In this document: piece after piece, positions 1 through 17,452 of the stretch
Layout: the number at the start of each line of letters is the position of its first letter
Numbering within the stretch: the first letter of the stretch is position 1
From: the human T2T-CHM13v2.0 reference genome, Homo sapiens
Direction: 5' to 3' (one strand)
DNA length: 64,000 nucleotides
Assembly (NCBI RefSeq): GCF_009914755.1
Contig: NC_060928.1
Program-made: the position numbers and the translations under genes
Notes under the pieces: model-generated
The model's input: only the letters and a program-made list of their open reading frames with translations
What the model was told of the DNA's origin: nothing
Databases searched by the model: none

Positions 1-633
1 TTGTGAATTGCTTGTAGAAATATAAGAAGCAGTGCAACCACTGTGAAAAATAATATGGTTGTTTCTTAAAAAAATAAATCTAGAATTCCATTTGATCCAG
101 CAACCGTATTTCTGGATATATATCAAAAAGAATTGAAAGCAGAAATGTGAACAGATATTTTTACACCAATGTTCCTAGCAGCATTATTCACAAAAACTAA
201 AGGGTGGAAGCAACCCGAATTTCCATCAATAGATAAATGGCTAAACAGACTTTGATATACACATGAAGTGGAATATTATTCAGCTCTAAAAAGAAAAGAA
301 ATTCTGACACACGCTAAAATGTGGATAAACCTGAAGACATTCTGTTAAGTGAAATAAGCCAGTCACAAAAGGATAAATACTGTATAATTTTACTTATATG
401 AAGTACTTAGTCAAATTTATAGAGACAGAAAGCAAAATGTTGGTTGTCTGTGGTGGGAGAGGCATAAAGGGAGTTATTACTTAATGGGTATGGAGTTTCA
501 ATTGGGGAAGATGAAAAAGTTTTGGAGGTACATAGTAGTGGTGGTTGTACAACAGTGTAAATGTGCTTAATGCCACTTAAAAATGGTTAAAATGGCAAAC
601 TTTATGTTATGTAGTTTTTCCTCATTTAAAAAA
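1..633 (+). mobile_element. Old LINE-1 3' end (L1MB-like), cut by the window start
   Basis: Degenerate ORF2 C-terminus and L1M-type 3'UTR motifs (gaaataagccagtcacaaaaggataaatactgtat, gagtttcaattggggaagatgaaaaagtt, aaaatggttaaaatggcaaactttatgttatg), ending in an A-rich tail. Confidence 0.85.
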
Positions 634-1187
634 TGAGTTTCATAAATGTACACATATCTAGAACCCATCTAATCCTTATTGAATGAGACTATCTGCAGTT
701 AATCTTCATGGTTGGTTTTTCATGAAAGGTCCTCAGATTATTCTTTTGCAGTCATATTTGGAAATGTCTCCCATGGCATGTTGCTTATGAGAATTCCTCC
801 ACCTCTGTTCCTCTGTGCATCCTTGCTTTAATGTAGCAATACATATGGAAGATGTAAAAAAAAAATGTAAATGTCCTAAGAGTAGAGCTAACTGGATTTC
901 TCATGTTGTGCTTTCCTAGATTCTTTATTCTGTCTACGTACAGAACTTAGAATTACGTGGACTTTGTTGAGAGGAAAATTTAATTACCTTATGGATCTCA
1001 TTATAATATATTATGTATCATATTGCCTGCCTGTGGTTAGCTTTGAAGGACATTCTATTATATCATTTTTATGGTCCTGGGAAAGGGTGACACAAGTATG
1101 ATCAAAAACTACATTTATTCAAATATATCTATAATAAGCTTATGGTAAAAATTATATTTTTAACAATATGAAAACATTGAGATTTGC

Positions 1188-1213
1188 AAAAAAAAAAAAA
1201 AAAAAAAAAAAAA
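1188..1213 (+). repeat. Poly(A) tract, 26 nt
   Basis: Uninterrupted A run seen directly. Confidence 0.95.
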
Positions 1214-1805
1214 GTACTGCCTGGGGATTGGAAGCCCTGGGTGCCTCCTTTCACTCTATCACTACATAGGTATACAACCTCGGCAAACCACTCTTCTACG
1301 TATGGATATTCCCTATGCTCATTCATAAAGAATGGTTTGAAGCAGACGTGCAATGTTTTCTCTTTTATGGGTCCTTTCCATCTGTACAGTTAATCTTGTG
1401 ACAACTGTGACTACTTCTCAGCCTTGCTGCAAACTTCTTCTTCTGAGTTTTGTGCAAACCCTGTGAGCAAAATGCTTTCCCAGCCTTTTCCATGACACTT
1501 CCATTCATGTTGGTTGAAATCTCTTTTTCTTTCTTTCTCTGTGTGTGTGTCATATAATATCATCTCACCATAAACTCTCCATTAAAGATTGCTCCTTTTC
1601 CCATATGTGCTGATCTGCTATGATTCACATGGTCAGTCCTGCATACATGCTTGTTTGATTGCTTAGGCAGTGGCCACAAGCAGGTGGCTCTTGGGCCAAA
1701 GATAACATGATGTATTTTCTTGTCTGTGGGTTGTTGGCTTCCAAAGTCATGGAAAACATCATGTTTTAATGTGAATTACTGTCCAACATCAATATGTTGG
1801 GAAGC

Positions 1806-1875
1806 TTTCATTTAAAAAGAATTTCCAGCTTCTCTTTAAATTTCATTTAAAAAGAATTTCCAGCTCCTCTTTAAA
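1806..1875. repeat. 35-bp tandem duplication (2 copies, 1 mismatch)
   Basis: tttcatttaaaaagaatttccagct(t/c)ctctttaaa at 1806-1840 and 1841-1875. Confidence 0.95.
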
Positions 1876-2264
1876 TTTGGGAGCCTGCTGAGAGAGCATC
1901 CATATTTTTATGTAGTGAAAACTGCTTGAGACTTGTAGTAGCCGTCCTCTTAAGTGAAGTGTTACGTCATCCACCTCACCATAATTTTCACTATTTCCTC
2001 ATCTCTCTGTATGTCTCAATTGGACAGTCAGTTTTTATTTACCATCTTATATTTTGTTGTTTTTTATTCATGTACATTTACTCCAGGACATCTAGACATT
2101 TGAATTTCAAACTTTGACCCAAAACTTGCTACTCAGTGCCACCATCACTCATGAAATTGCCATTTACATTACCAAAGTTATAGTCTCATCACTCTAATTA
2201 CTAATACCTAAAATGGATTTATGCATTTTTTGTATTATTTATATCTATTATTATTTCCTAGGCT

Positions 2265-2485
2265 AGCTTTTTCTCAACTGTGCTCTTCAAATAATTAGTT
2301 CACGTAGATATTCATAGATGTTTCTGTAGAGCAGAGGAAGATAAATATACTTGGAAAAAATGAGGATAAGCAAAATCGAATGGGTTTTGAATGGACTTTA
2401 GGATGCTATACTGCGCTGTGAATCACTTAGAAAGGGAAGCAGTCTGTAGAATTTGCTAACTTGTTAAACCAGAAAAAAACTTTGG
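2265..2485. mobile_element. Possible degenerate hAT-Charlie DNA transposon fragment (MER103-like)
   Basis: Loose resemblance to MER103-type sequence; highly diverged. Confidence 0.35.
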
Positions 2486-2519
2486 CATCATTCCTTATAA
2501 ATTTTTATCAATGAGAAAG

Positions 2520-2600
2520 GCCATTGAGTTAATCTCATCCAGTTCCTTATTTTACAGGTGAGGAGCCTGAGATCTGATAAGGATAAAGAATGTCCTACCA
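2520..2600 (-). mobile_element. MIR fragment
   Basis: ttttacaggtgaggagcctgaga, the antisense MIR core. Confidence 0.6.
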
Positions 2601-2787
2601 TTCTTATATTTGTGATGATATTGACTGCATTTTTGATGACCTTCTAGGCTTACACCCTTCAAACAACACAACTTTAGTGTTGTTCAACTCTTACCTTTTT
2701 CAACCTATCAGCCGCATCATGAAGTGAAGCCTTACCCCACGTGCTACCCTGCCTGGAGAGAGGAAAACCATTTTAACAATATTCGAT

Positions 2788-2937
2788 CTAACACAATACT
2801 CATATTTAACCATACTCTCCTTAACACATTACTCTACCTAACACAATACTACACCTAACACAGTACTCTACCTAACACATTTAACCATACTCACCTAACA
2901 CGTTACTCTACGTGACACAATACTCTGCCTCACACAT
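2788..2937. repeat. Degenerate ~18-bp minisatellite (ctaacacaatactctac-like)
   Basis: Repeated cctaacaca(a/t/g)tactct units; atttaaccatactc recurs at 2804 and 2879. Confidence 0.85.
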
Positions 2938-3289
2938 TCGAAGAGTAATGTGGACTAGAGAGGAAGGGGGTCGCTAACACAATCACAAATCACCTGGAGG
3001 AGATTTTTACACATATCCTGTTCCTGGATCTTTAAATAGGCACACTCATTCCTGAAGGTTCTGATATTCTTTTGAGGGTGCATGGCCATAAACATATTTA
3101 GGCATTTTTTATTATTACCAGACATGAGTATTTTGTTTTGTTTAAAGAAACATTTACTAGAGATATCCAATTCCATTTGTCTTTGAAATAAGGGTCTTTG
3201 AATAAAATGTTTCCTTCTCATAAAACACAGTATAGCAGATGGCAGATAGATGGCCTTTGGGGCTAAATATTCAGTAGAAGAATCAACAT

Positions 3290-3450
3290 CCAGACCAAGC
3301 TTGGTTTATGAGTGGCGTTAGAATTTACACTGAGCTGTTAAGCCAGAGTTTTCCTCTTTGAAAATAGGTTCTGCAATTTCACAATTGTATTTGAAGGATT
3401 ACATCAGAAAACATATGTAAAAAGCTCAATATAGAATAGTTCCTCTCTAA
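3290..3450 (+). mobile_element. MIR fragment
   Basis: agttttcctctttgaaaatagg...gaaggattacatcagaaaacatatgtaaaaagctc. Confidence 0.55.
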
Positions 3451-5479
3451 ATGCTCTCCCTTTTCACTTGCCAGTTAGAATGATTAATGAAATAAGCCAC
3501 TGTTAGTTTCCTTATGGGAGGAAGAGGCTGAGGATTAGGGCACTTCTTTCCTGAGAAAGTATTACACTGCTCTTGGATGAAGCGTTATTTGCCCCGTAAA
3601 TGATGGCTTGTTGCTTTAGCAGTTCTGTAGGGGAGAGGAGGTCTTGGTTCCTCTCAGCAGTCCATATCAATCCCCATGCCTTGGTGATAGAATGTTGGGG
3701 CACATAAATATTGCAGAGTTGGGGTTGCTCTATTATTTACTCCTTCTGAAGAGAAACATTGATCAAATTCACCATATCTGTACTGGTGATTTATTATTTC
3801 ATTTTATGCTTTTACAAGAGGATTAATGATTGAGGTAAAGTCTTTTCAGCTATTGAACAAATAAATATATATGCTACTTGGTTATTTCATTACACCCAAA
3901 GAATTTGAAATCTCTAGTGCTACCTTGGATTTAAGGTAGCTTCGAGCAGGAGGTTCCAAAAATCCCTAAGTGTTTTGACTGAGGGGATATTTTCTAGGGA
4001 GTTTTTTTTCCTTAAGTTATAATGTTTTAAACTCTAAAATACATTGTTGATGTTTAAAGCTTATAAATTAGTCATGTTAGTGGAAGTAGTTTTAGGCATA
4101 AACACTCTGGAATTTTCATCTCCTGAAAAGTAAATACTGTTTTCATGCGAGAGAATAAAAGAAGAACTAGAGAAGTCTCATTTCACCCTGTCCCTGAGAA
4201 GTCTCCTTGGGAAACCAAAATCTACAATGAAAGAGTGAAGTAGCCACCTCCTGTCCTTTAGATGGTACCTTTATCTCAGTACTCAGTGGGTCTACAGTTT
4301 GTCTTGTTGTTTTCGACATGACGCCTAATGTATCTGGGGTGGGATACTAAACACTGATCAAAGTTGCCTTGCTTAGGGTGGCCTCTGCATCTACTCCTTG
4401 ATCTTAGAGTTGTTGGGTGTTCCTTTTTCTACTGAATCTATCAACCCCTTTCCGGTTTCTCTTCTTTCCTTGTCTATTCTATACTTAATGGTTAATCTTT
4501 TCAACTGCACTTTTACTAACATTATCAATTCCCTTGTCCCTGGGTCAGGGCTGTAATTCTTTTTTTCTGTTTCTACACCTGAATTTTTGTCAGATGTTTA
4601 CAAAACAAGCAAACACACACCATGACTTTGTGGACTATTGCCACTAAATATTTATCTTTCAGTTTCAACTGGACCAAGCTCGGACCATGTGTCATTCACA
4701 TGGACTGTTTAGGACTTTTATCATTTTTCTTAACCAGATACTAACTTTCACCATACTCTTCAGTCGTGCTCCATATGACAATTTGCACTCAGTGCAGCTA
4801 GAATGCCTTAGAAATGCAGCTGGGTCTAGTACACATAACACCTCTTAACCTACTGCTCGGGGGGCAAAGACAAATACAAGCTCTATGAGTATTTTTATAA
4901 AGCACATAAAAGCACTTAAAAAATAGATAAATAAAAGTGTATGAAAATTAGTAATGTAAAACGCTTTTAAAGATGTCTTCAGGGGTGGTCTTTTTTGTTT
5001 TTCCATATCCTCCACTATCTGTACAAATATAGCAACACTTATTTTTACCTTCTTCTATAATTTCAGATATGGCAGCCTTGAGATCTTTATCTTTTTAAAT
5101 CCAGCAACCTCTGGAGCTAGAAAGAAAACACTTCCTCTGTCTCATATATCTTTCCTGGCTCCTCTCTCCTGGCTCCTCTTTGTTTATAAACACATTCAAG
5201 TGTTTCCCATCCCTCAAAAAACTCTGCTTATATAATCTATTTCCTTTGATAGTTACCATTTAATTCCTTTTTCCCTGTATCATCCAAACATTTTGAAAAG
5301 GTTGACAACAGGCATTTCTGTCTTTTCCTTCACTCTCCAATCCATCATAACTTGGTTCTTGTTCTTAGCACACTTCTAAAATCGCTCTTCTTCAAATCCT
5401 CAATAATTTACTAACTTCTAGGTCTAAAGGACAGCTGTCATATTTGAGACTTTGAATCACAGTATCCAGGATAGCACTC

Positions 5480-5705
5480 ATATTAACAAGAACTTACATT
5501 CACTTGCATTTTCTGATATGCTTTGATTATATTATGCATCTTATATTCGTTATTTCATTCAATCCCCGGAGTGATTGCATGAGAGAGTTACTATTGTTTT
5601 TCTCACTTTATTGACAAGGATGTTGGGAATCAGAGAGATTAGTCAACTACAGAGCCACACTGTTGGGAAGTGGCAAGTGAGATCTAAACCTGGATTTTCT
5701 TAAAA
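5480..5705 (-). mobile_element. MIR
   Basis: ctttattgacaaggatgttgggaatcagagagattagtcaact...gccacac...gaagtggcaagtgagatctaaacctgg. Confidence 0.65.
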
Positions 5706-5807
5706 CTCTCCATCCCCTTATGTTTTGGAGCACCAAACTCTTGTTTCATATTTTGCCTTTGCCATTTCTGTCTTCTTGGAAGATTCTTTTTTATCCACTC
5801 TTCAAAA

Positions 5808-5982
5808 CATTGGTTCTTAACCCTTTTTACACAACAGAATTAACTGAAGATATTGTTAAGACCATGAATGTCATGTACTTATCCTAAACATTGAACCAGA
5901 ATATCCAGAGTTGGGGCCTAGAGATCTGCATTTAAACTCCCATGATGATTTAGATACACAGTACAGTTCAAAAGACATTGCT
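5808..5982. mobile_element. MER5-type hAT DNA transposon
   Basis: cattggttcttaa...ttggggcctagagatctgcatttaaactccc...gatttagatacaca...acattg. Confidence 0.55.
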
Positions 5983-6784
5983 ACCCAATCCTTTTAATAA
6001 CCTTGTCTAGTTTCATAATTACACCTGTCACCTATAAAGTGATATTCACAAATATGTTTCCTGGCACAAAGAATCTCTCTTTTTTTATTTCTCCAATTTC
6101 TGGAGTCCAAAATCTGTCTACCTGGTAGGTAACTGAAGCTCCATATCCTGCAGAAAATGCATCCTCTTTCCCCTGTAACTCTTGGATAAGCCAGGATATA
6201 ACATCACTCTTTATCTAACTGCTCAGATGATTCCCTTTGCCTGCAAGACAATGTTTAAGGCTCATAACATGGTATGCATATTCCATGATAATCTGTCCTT
6301 CTAATCTCTAGTTTCTTTCCTTAGTAGTTCAAAACCCAAAATTTGTTCTTCATGTTTCTAGAGTACATGTAGTTCCTTCCTTACATACAGACTGTCTCCT
6401 GCCTCTTTTGTCTTTATGCTGTTGCATGTCTAGAATGATTGTCCTCTCAACTTCGGCCTGTCTTACTTCCCTCAGAATTTTGTAGGTACTGCTTCTTCCT
6501 GGAGTTCTCTATTAACACCTTTCTTTTTCCATCAGCTACACATTTTTGTTAGATGTGCCTCTTCTGTGTTGCCATTAGCACCCTGCATATACATTTATAT
6601 AACATTTGTGACTTTTTCTTATGGTCTGTTTTATTTCAGGTGAAAAAACTGACAGCTTCAAGTACAGGACTGTAACTTATATATCACTGTATCCATAGCA
6701 CCTCACTGAACCTTACAGATAGTAGACCTAAGGAAATATTTTGAATAATAGTTTGAATAATATGCAAATATTGTTATCAATACT

Positions 6785-6990
6785 AATAACAATAACTCTT
6801 TATGGAATGCTTTATAAGTGCTAAGCATTAAGTAACTATTTCCTTTAGTCCTCATTATAAATCTATAGGGCAGATATGATTTCTGTATTCAGGGGAGGAA
6901 AAGAAGGCTTCAGACGTTAAGGAAGGCTTTTCAAGTCTACATAGACGTTATGTGGCAAAGCCAAGATTCGGACCCATGTGTGTTGTCCCC
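6785..6990 (-). mobile_element. MIR
   Basis: aataactctttatggaatgc...gtgctaagc...gtggcaaagccaagattcggaccca. Confidence 0.7.
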
Positions 6991-8282
6991 ACATCTGAAC
7001 CATTTCTTTGAATACTTGGTGGAATTCCTTCTGATGCATGACCATCCCTCAGCCTTGCCACTTCTGATCAGCTTTCTAGTTTCTGGCAGGATGGAAGCGC
7101 CACTTAGATCGTAGTCTACTTGAATAATGTTGGCTTCATATATACCTCTTGTCAGCCTCTTCTCTGAGAATTCCACTGCAAAATATTAGCCATCATGGGC
7201 ATATGGTGCCACTAATTGCTGCTACTCTGTTGTGCATTGAACTGAAATAGTGATGCTTTCTGGGACACTGCTACAAGCTGCAACCAAACGGGGGCAGCCC
7301 AAGCCATTGTTTGCTGTTTTCCTTGTAGAGGTTAGATTTTGATTTGGGTCCGTTTTTCAGACTTGATTGGACAAGACCCTGCCTTATACTTTTTTCTTAT
7401 TGAACGATTAAACTCAGCTCTCAATGGGCTTAAACATGCTGCAATTGTAACAAGCTTAAGTTCTGACTGATGAGGTGAAAAAATACAATTTAGAATGAGT
7501 GATGACAAAATACCATAGCAGAAGTATTTATGACTATTAAGGGAACACAGAAAAACAGCCCTTTGATTTTGCTATGGAGTGGGTGTTAGAAACATATTCC
7601 TAGATTAAGTGAATTTTGAGCTAGGTTTAATTTTATAAATTTTATAAATGTGCTTTTAGCTTCTGGGAATTTGGAATCATGGTAGAAGTGCTATATTTTC
7701 TTTAAAAAAAGGAATTGATTGCTGTATTGTCATCTTCTTTAAAACCACGATTGTTTATTCATCATTCAGCTGTCATATCAAATAATCCTTAATAGTGTCA
7801 ACAAAATGAACAACTCCAGGTGCACCATCAATATTGTATTCTATTTCATTTAATTATTTTGGCCACTACTATCTTCACAATGCTAACATTATTCATGTTG
7901 AATGCTATATGAATGTCGCCCCTTGGAATTGGGCAAAATAGTTGCCTGATTGAAAGCAACCAATAGAGACATCTATAGAACCTCAGGTATATAGCCAATC
8001 CTGGGCTTGGTTCCCCGTAGTTTGGAGGATATAAAAACAAACATTATATCTGTTTTCCTGAATCAATAATTTTTAATCAAGTTTATAGAAACAATACTTT
8101 CACGTGTGTCGGACAAAGGGTAATGAACTGTATTCTGTAAATAGGCACTTTATTGTTAGACATAATGGAAATTGCTAGATTGGTGGAAGTCAACGTAAAC
8201 TAGAATAGTCTAGTAAATCTTTTGAAAATGGAGTAGGGCATAGATAATCAGGAAAAGGAGACAAGTAATGCAGTAAAACTAA

Positions 8283-9379
<1,097 letters not shown>

Positions 9380-10701
9380 AAATCTCTCAGATTTGTTTGT
9401 GGTCAGCAGAGGATGCTGAGAAATGGTCTCTCCCCTAACCAAGTCTAGTGAAATTGGTGTTTTGTGTGCTTGTTTGTTTTTCTTTTACCATTTAATATCT
9501 TCCTGTCTCATAAATAGTATCCAGGTTTTGATAAAGAACTATCACCCATGGGCATTAAGGCAAACCAAGTAAACATTTATAAGGAGCAGTTAGTTCTTTT
9601 CTTCCTGGCCTTGATTTTATTTACTCAATTAATTATTTAATCGTAACAAGGAACATAGTCTCCCTGTGCTCTCTTCATCCCTTTGCAGTAATCAGCAGTG
9701 AAGGGAGGCAATGCAGTAAATGGGCTCTGTACGGAAGGATAAGAGAATCATGAATAATGGTTGTTTTTAGTACCATGAATAGAACAGCAGCAGCTCAGTA
9801 ATAATAATAAAAATGAAATTTATATTAAGTACACCTTATGAAAGGTTATTATGTAGAGAATAAATTACTAACTTCTCTACATGATGACTGGTAGTCCTCC
9901 ACCACAAGTAGGCACAGAAAAAGATGATCTAGATTTAAACATTAGTCGACTATATTATTGAAAAAGATAGTCATATTTTTTCAGTAACACCTTAACATAA
10001 ATAATAAAGATTGTTCATCTCTCCAGAACATTTCAGTCAAAGTGTGTGTGTAGCTAGGGGGAAGGGGTCAAAGGATATCATGTAAAAATTTTTTGGGGAT
10101 AACCCAAAATCCTAGACAACTGGTACATAGAAAAGTGTCCTAGGTTGTGTAGATAGTGCTTTAAATCACTCTTTTGTTTTCTTTTTGAGATGAATGCTTA
10201 ACTCTCAATTTTTCAGTAAACTAAATACACCCTAAGCAATTAAGAGACCTGGTGAATGCCACACAGCTAATTAATAATGGTGGAATAGGAGTTCAAAAAT
10301 AGGTCTTCTGACTCCAAAGTCAGTGAGTAAATTGTAGACTTAACAGGGAGAACCCTTGAAGAATGTTCTGCAATGATCTTCAAGTGATAGGTGAGTAAAT
10401 TGAGGCAAAGATAGTTAAAATCACAACAATTTAATAGAAACAGGATTTGAATCTCTTGTCTTCCACACAAGTGTGCTTTTCTTTTTTTCTTTTATTATTA
10501 TATTTTAAGTTTTAGGGTACATGTGCACATTGTGCAGGTTAGTTACATATGTATACATGTGCCATGCTGGTGTGCTGCACCCACTAACTCGTCATCTAGC
10601 ATTAGGTATATCTCCCAATGCTATCCCTCCCCCCTCCCCCCACGCCACAACAGTCCCCAGAGTGTGATGTTCCCCTTCCTGTGTCCATGTGATCTCATTG
10701 T

Positions 10702-12879
<2,178 letters not shown>

Positions 12880-12882
12880 TCA

Positions 12883-13502
<620 letters not shown>

Positions 13503-14441
13503 TCACCAGCAACGGAACAAAGCTGGACGGAGAATGACTTTGACGAGCTGAGAGAAGAAGGCTTCAGACAATCAAATTACTCTGAGCTACGGGAGGACAT
13601 TCAAATCAAAGGCAAAGAAGTTGAAAACTTTGAAAAAAATTTAGAAGAATGTATAACTAGAATAACCAATACACAGAAATGCTTAAAGGAGCTGATGGAG
13701 CTGAAAACCAAGGCTCGAGAACTACGTGAAGAATGCAGAAGCCTCAGGAGCCGATGGGATCAACTGGAAGAAAGGGTATCAGCGATGGAAGATGAAATGA
13801 ATGAAATGAAGCGAGAAGGGAAGTTTAGAGAAAGAAGAATAAAAAGAAATGAGCAAAGCCTCCAAGAAATATGGGACTATGTGAAAAGACCAAATCTACG
13901 TCTGATTGGTGTACCTGAAAGTGATGGGGAGAATGGAACCAAGTTGGAAAACACTCTGCAGGATATTATCCAGGAGAACTTCCCCAATCTAGCACGGCAG
14001 GCCAATGTTCAGATTCAGGAAATACAGAGAACACCACAAAGATACTCCTTGATAAGAGCAACTCCAAGACACATAATTGTCAGATTCACCAAAGTTGAAA
14101 TGAAGGAAAAAATGTTAAGGGCAGCCAGAGAGAAAGGTCGGGTTACCCTCAAAGGGAAGCCCATGAGACTAACAGCAGATCTCTCAGCAGAAACCGTACA
14201 AGCCAGAAGAGAGTGGGGGCCAATATTCAATATTCTTAAAGAAAAGAATTTTCAACCCAGAATTTCACATCCAGCCAAACTAAGCTTCATAAGTGAAGGA
14301 GAAATAAAATACTTTACAGACAAGCAAATGCTGAGAGATTTTGTCACCACCAGGCCTGCCCTAAAAGAGCTCCTCAAGGAAGCACTAAACATGGAAAGGA
14401 ACAACCGGTACCAGCCACTGCAAAATCATGCCAAAATGTAA
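13503..14441 (+). pseudogene. L1 ORF1p lacking its N-terminal ~25 aa (inverted segment)
   Basis: SPATEQSW...YVKRPNLRLIGVPE...AREKG...ARREW...QNHAKM*; no internal stops. Confidence 0.92.
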
Positions 14442-14504
14442 AGACCATAGAGACTAGGAAGAAACTGCATCAACTAATGAGCAAAATAACCAGCTAACAT
14501 CACA

Positions 14505-15843
<1,339 letters not shown>

Positions 15844-16459
15844 TAGGAGTGGCCTAGCGTTACTTGTGGAAGGAAAGAATATTGAAAAGCCTGAAATAAG
15901 GTGTGGGTGAAATTATGGAGAGGAGGTTGGGAGGGTAGAAATGGAAAAGAGATAATTTTCCAAGCAGTTTAATGCTAGAAGATTCTTCTTGCCATAGAAG
16001 AAAGGTTTCTGTGGAGAAGTTTTAGGAAATTTTGCTCTGCTTGCGCAGTATAACTCCTCACCTTTCTTTCTGGTTCTCTACCACCTTTGCAAAAGTATTC
16101 AGTAAAATCCTGCATTGCTCTTTAGACATTTAAAGTCAGAATTTCATTTAATATTTTTGAAGTTAGAATTGCACTGTGGTAATGAGGGGACTGTTCCCAC
16201 AATCACTTTGTGGGAATGAAAAGGCGCATTTATTTGCTTTGCTATTCTTATATTTATACCTTTGATCACTGAATTTCAAGCCTAGTTTTGAGTTTTTATT
16301 ATAAATAATAATTTTATAATAGTTTCCTTATTAATTTATTTTTCACTTTGGATAATAGAAGGATTTTTCTTTAGCTAGAAAAGGGTACTAACAGTTTCTT
16401 TCTTCAATATCTTTCTTAATTCAGTCAGTCTTCCTATTCCCAGTCTTTTCCATTTCTGA

Positions 16460-16970
16460 CTTTACCACTCCATGCATAAAAGCTACCTTCAGAATAAAGT
16501 CTGTACTCATTCTTTGGCATGCAAGTCCCATTATTAACTAGACACAATCCAACCAGTCAGGTCTTCTAAAGGGTATGTGCCAAGTGTGTTGGACACATTA
16601 CACCACTTTAAGTCCATCATTCTGCTTTTCTTTCTTGTCTAGGACCTTTGCACATATCATCACTTCCTGCTTGGCTTTTTATTTCCTGGTCTGTTGAATA
16701 CAACCTTCAAAATGCAGTTTAAATATCATTTGTGTTGCCTTCCTTGCATTCTCAATGCACAGAAAGACACTCCTCTCTTTGTGTCGTCTAAGGATTTAGA
16801 GCATTCCTTTGTCATGGAACACACAGAGTGTTGTACAGTGATTGTCTTTATACCAATGTGCTATTGGGGTTTGACATCAAAGGCCATGTCCTATTCACAC
16901 ATGTTGACTTAGAACAGCAACTGGTATATAGTAGGGGCTAATTTAAATTTTCCCATATTAGATTGAATTT
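16460..16970 (+). mobile_element. L2 3' fragment
   Basis: ttcagaataaagtc...ggacctttgcacat...ccttcaaaatgcagtttaaatatca...agaacagcaactggtatatagtagg. Confidence 0.65.
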
Positions 16971-17144
16971 GACTAGAATGTCAAATAAACTTCTTAAACA
17001 AGTGACCTGGATATTTCCACATAGTTTAAATCAGGTATTTCAGCAAAAAGAGAAAACATCACATGCTACAATCATTCTTGGGAAAATTTCCCTCATTCTT
17101 TCATTTATGCAAGTAAAATGGGTTCTTTCCTGGAAGTAGATTTC

Positions 17145-17452
17145 TTTTTTTTTTTTTTTTTTTTTTCAGATGGAGTCTCACTCTGTTGCCCAGGCTGGAT
17201 GGAGTGCAGTGGCGCAATCTCGGCTCACTGCAAGCTCCGCCTCCCAGATTCACGCCATTCTCTGTCTCAGCCTCCCGAGTAGCTGGGACTACAGGCGCCC
17301 GCCACCATGCACAGCTAATTTTTTTTGTATTTTTAGTAGAGACGGGATTTCACCGTGTTAGCCAGGATGGTCTCGATCTCCTGACCTTGTGATCCGCCCG
17401 CTTCGGCCTCCCAAAGTGCTGGGATTACAGGCGTGAGCCATGGCGCCCAGCG
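17145..17452 (-). mobile_element. AluY
   Basis: Full dimer with poly(T). AluY-type gcaagctccgcctccc and accgtgttagccaggatggtctcgatctc. TSD agatttctttt at 17138 and 17453. Confidence 0.93.

Larger units (their letters stand above)
4480..6760 (+). mobile_element. Fragmented L2 LINE with nested MIR and MER5-type elements
   Basis: CT-rich L2-like segments at 4480-4760, 5270-5460 and 5990-6760; L2 3' end atccatagcacct...agtagacctaaggaaatattttgaata. Confidence 0.6.

Noticed and set aside
2788-2937. CRISPR-like repeat array (also 63853-63951)
   Set aside because: Tandem degenerate units without unique spacers, no cas genes, eukaryotic context
3590-3815. HOX/PBX-like motifs (ccgtaaatga, tgatttat) suggesting an enhancer
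   Set aside because: Short AT-rich motifs are common by chance; conservation or chromatin data would be needed
9378-10468. 3' transduction by the L1HS to explain the missing TSD
   Set aside because: No second poly(A) tail followed by a copy of the 5' flank was found downstream
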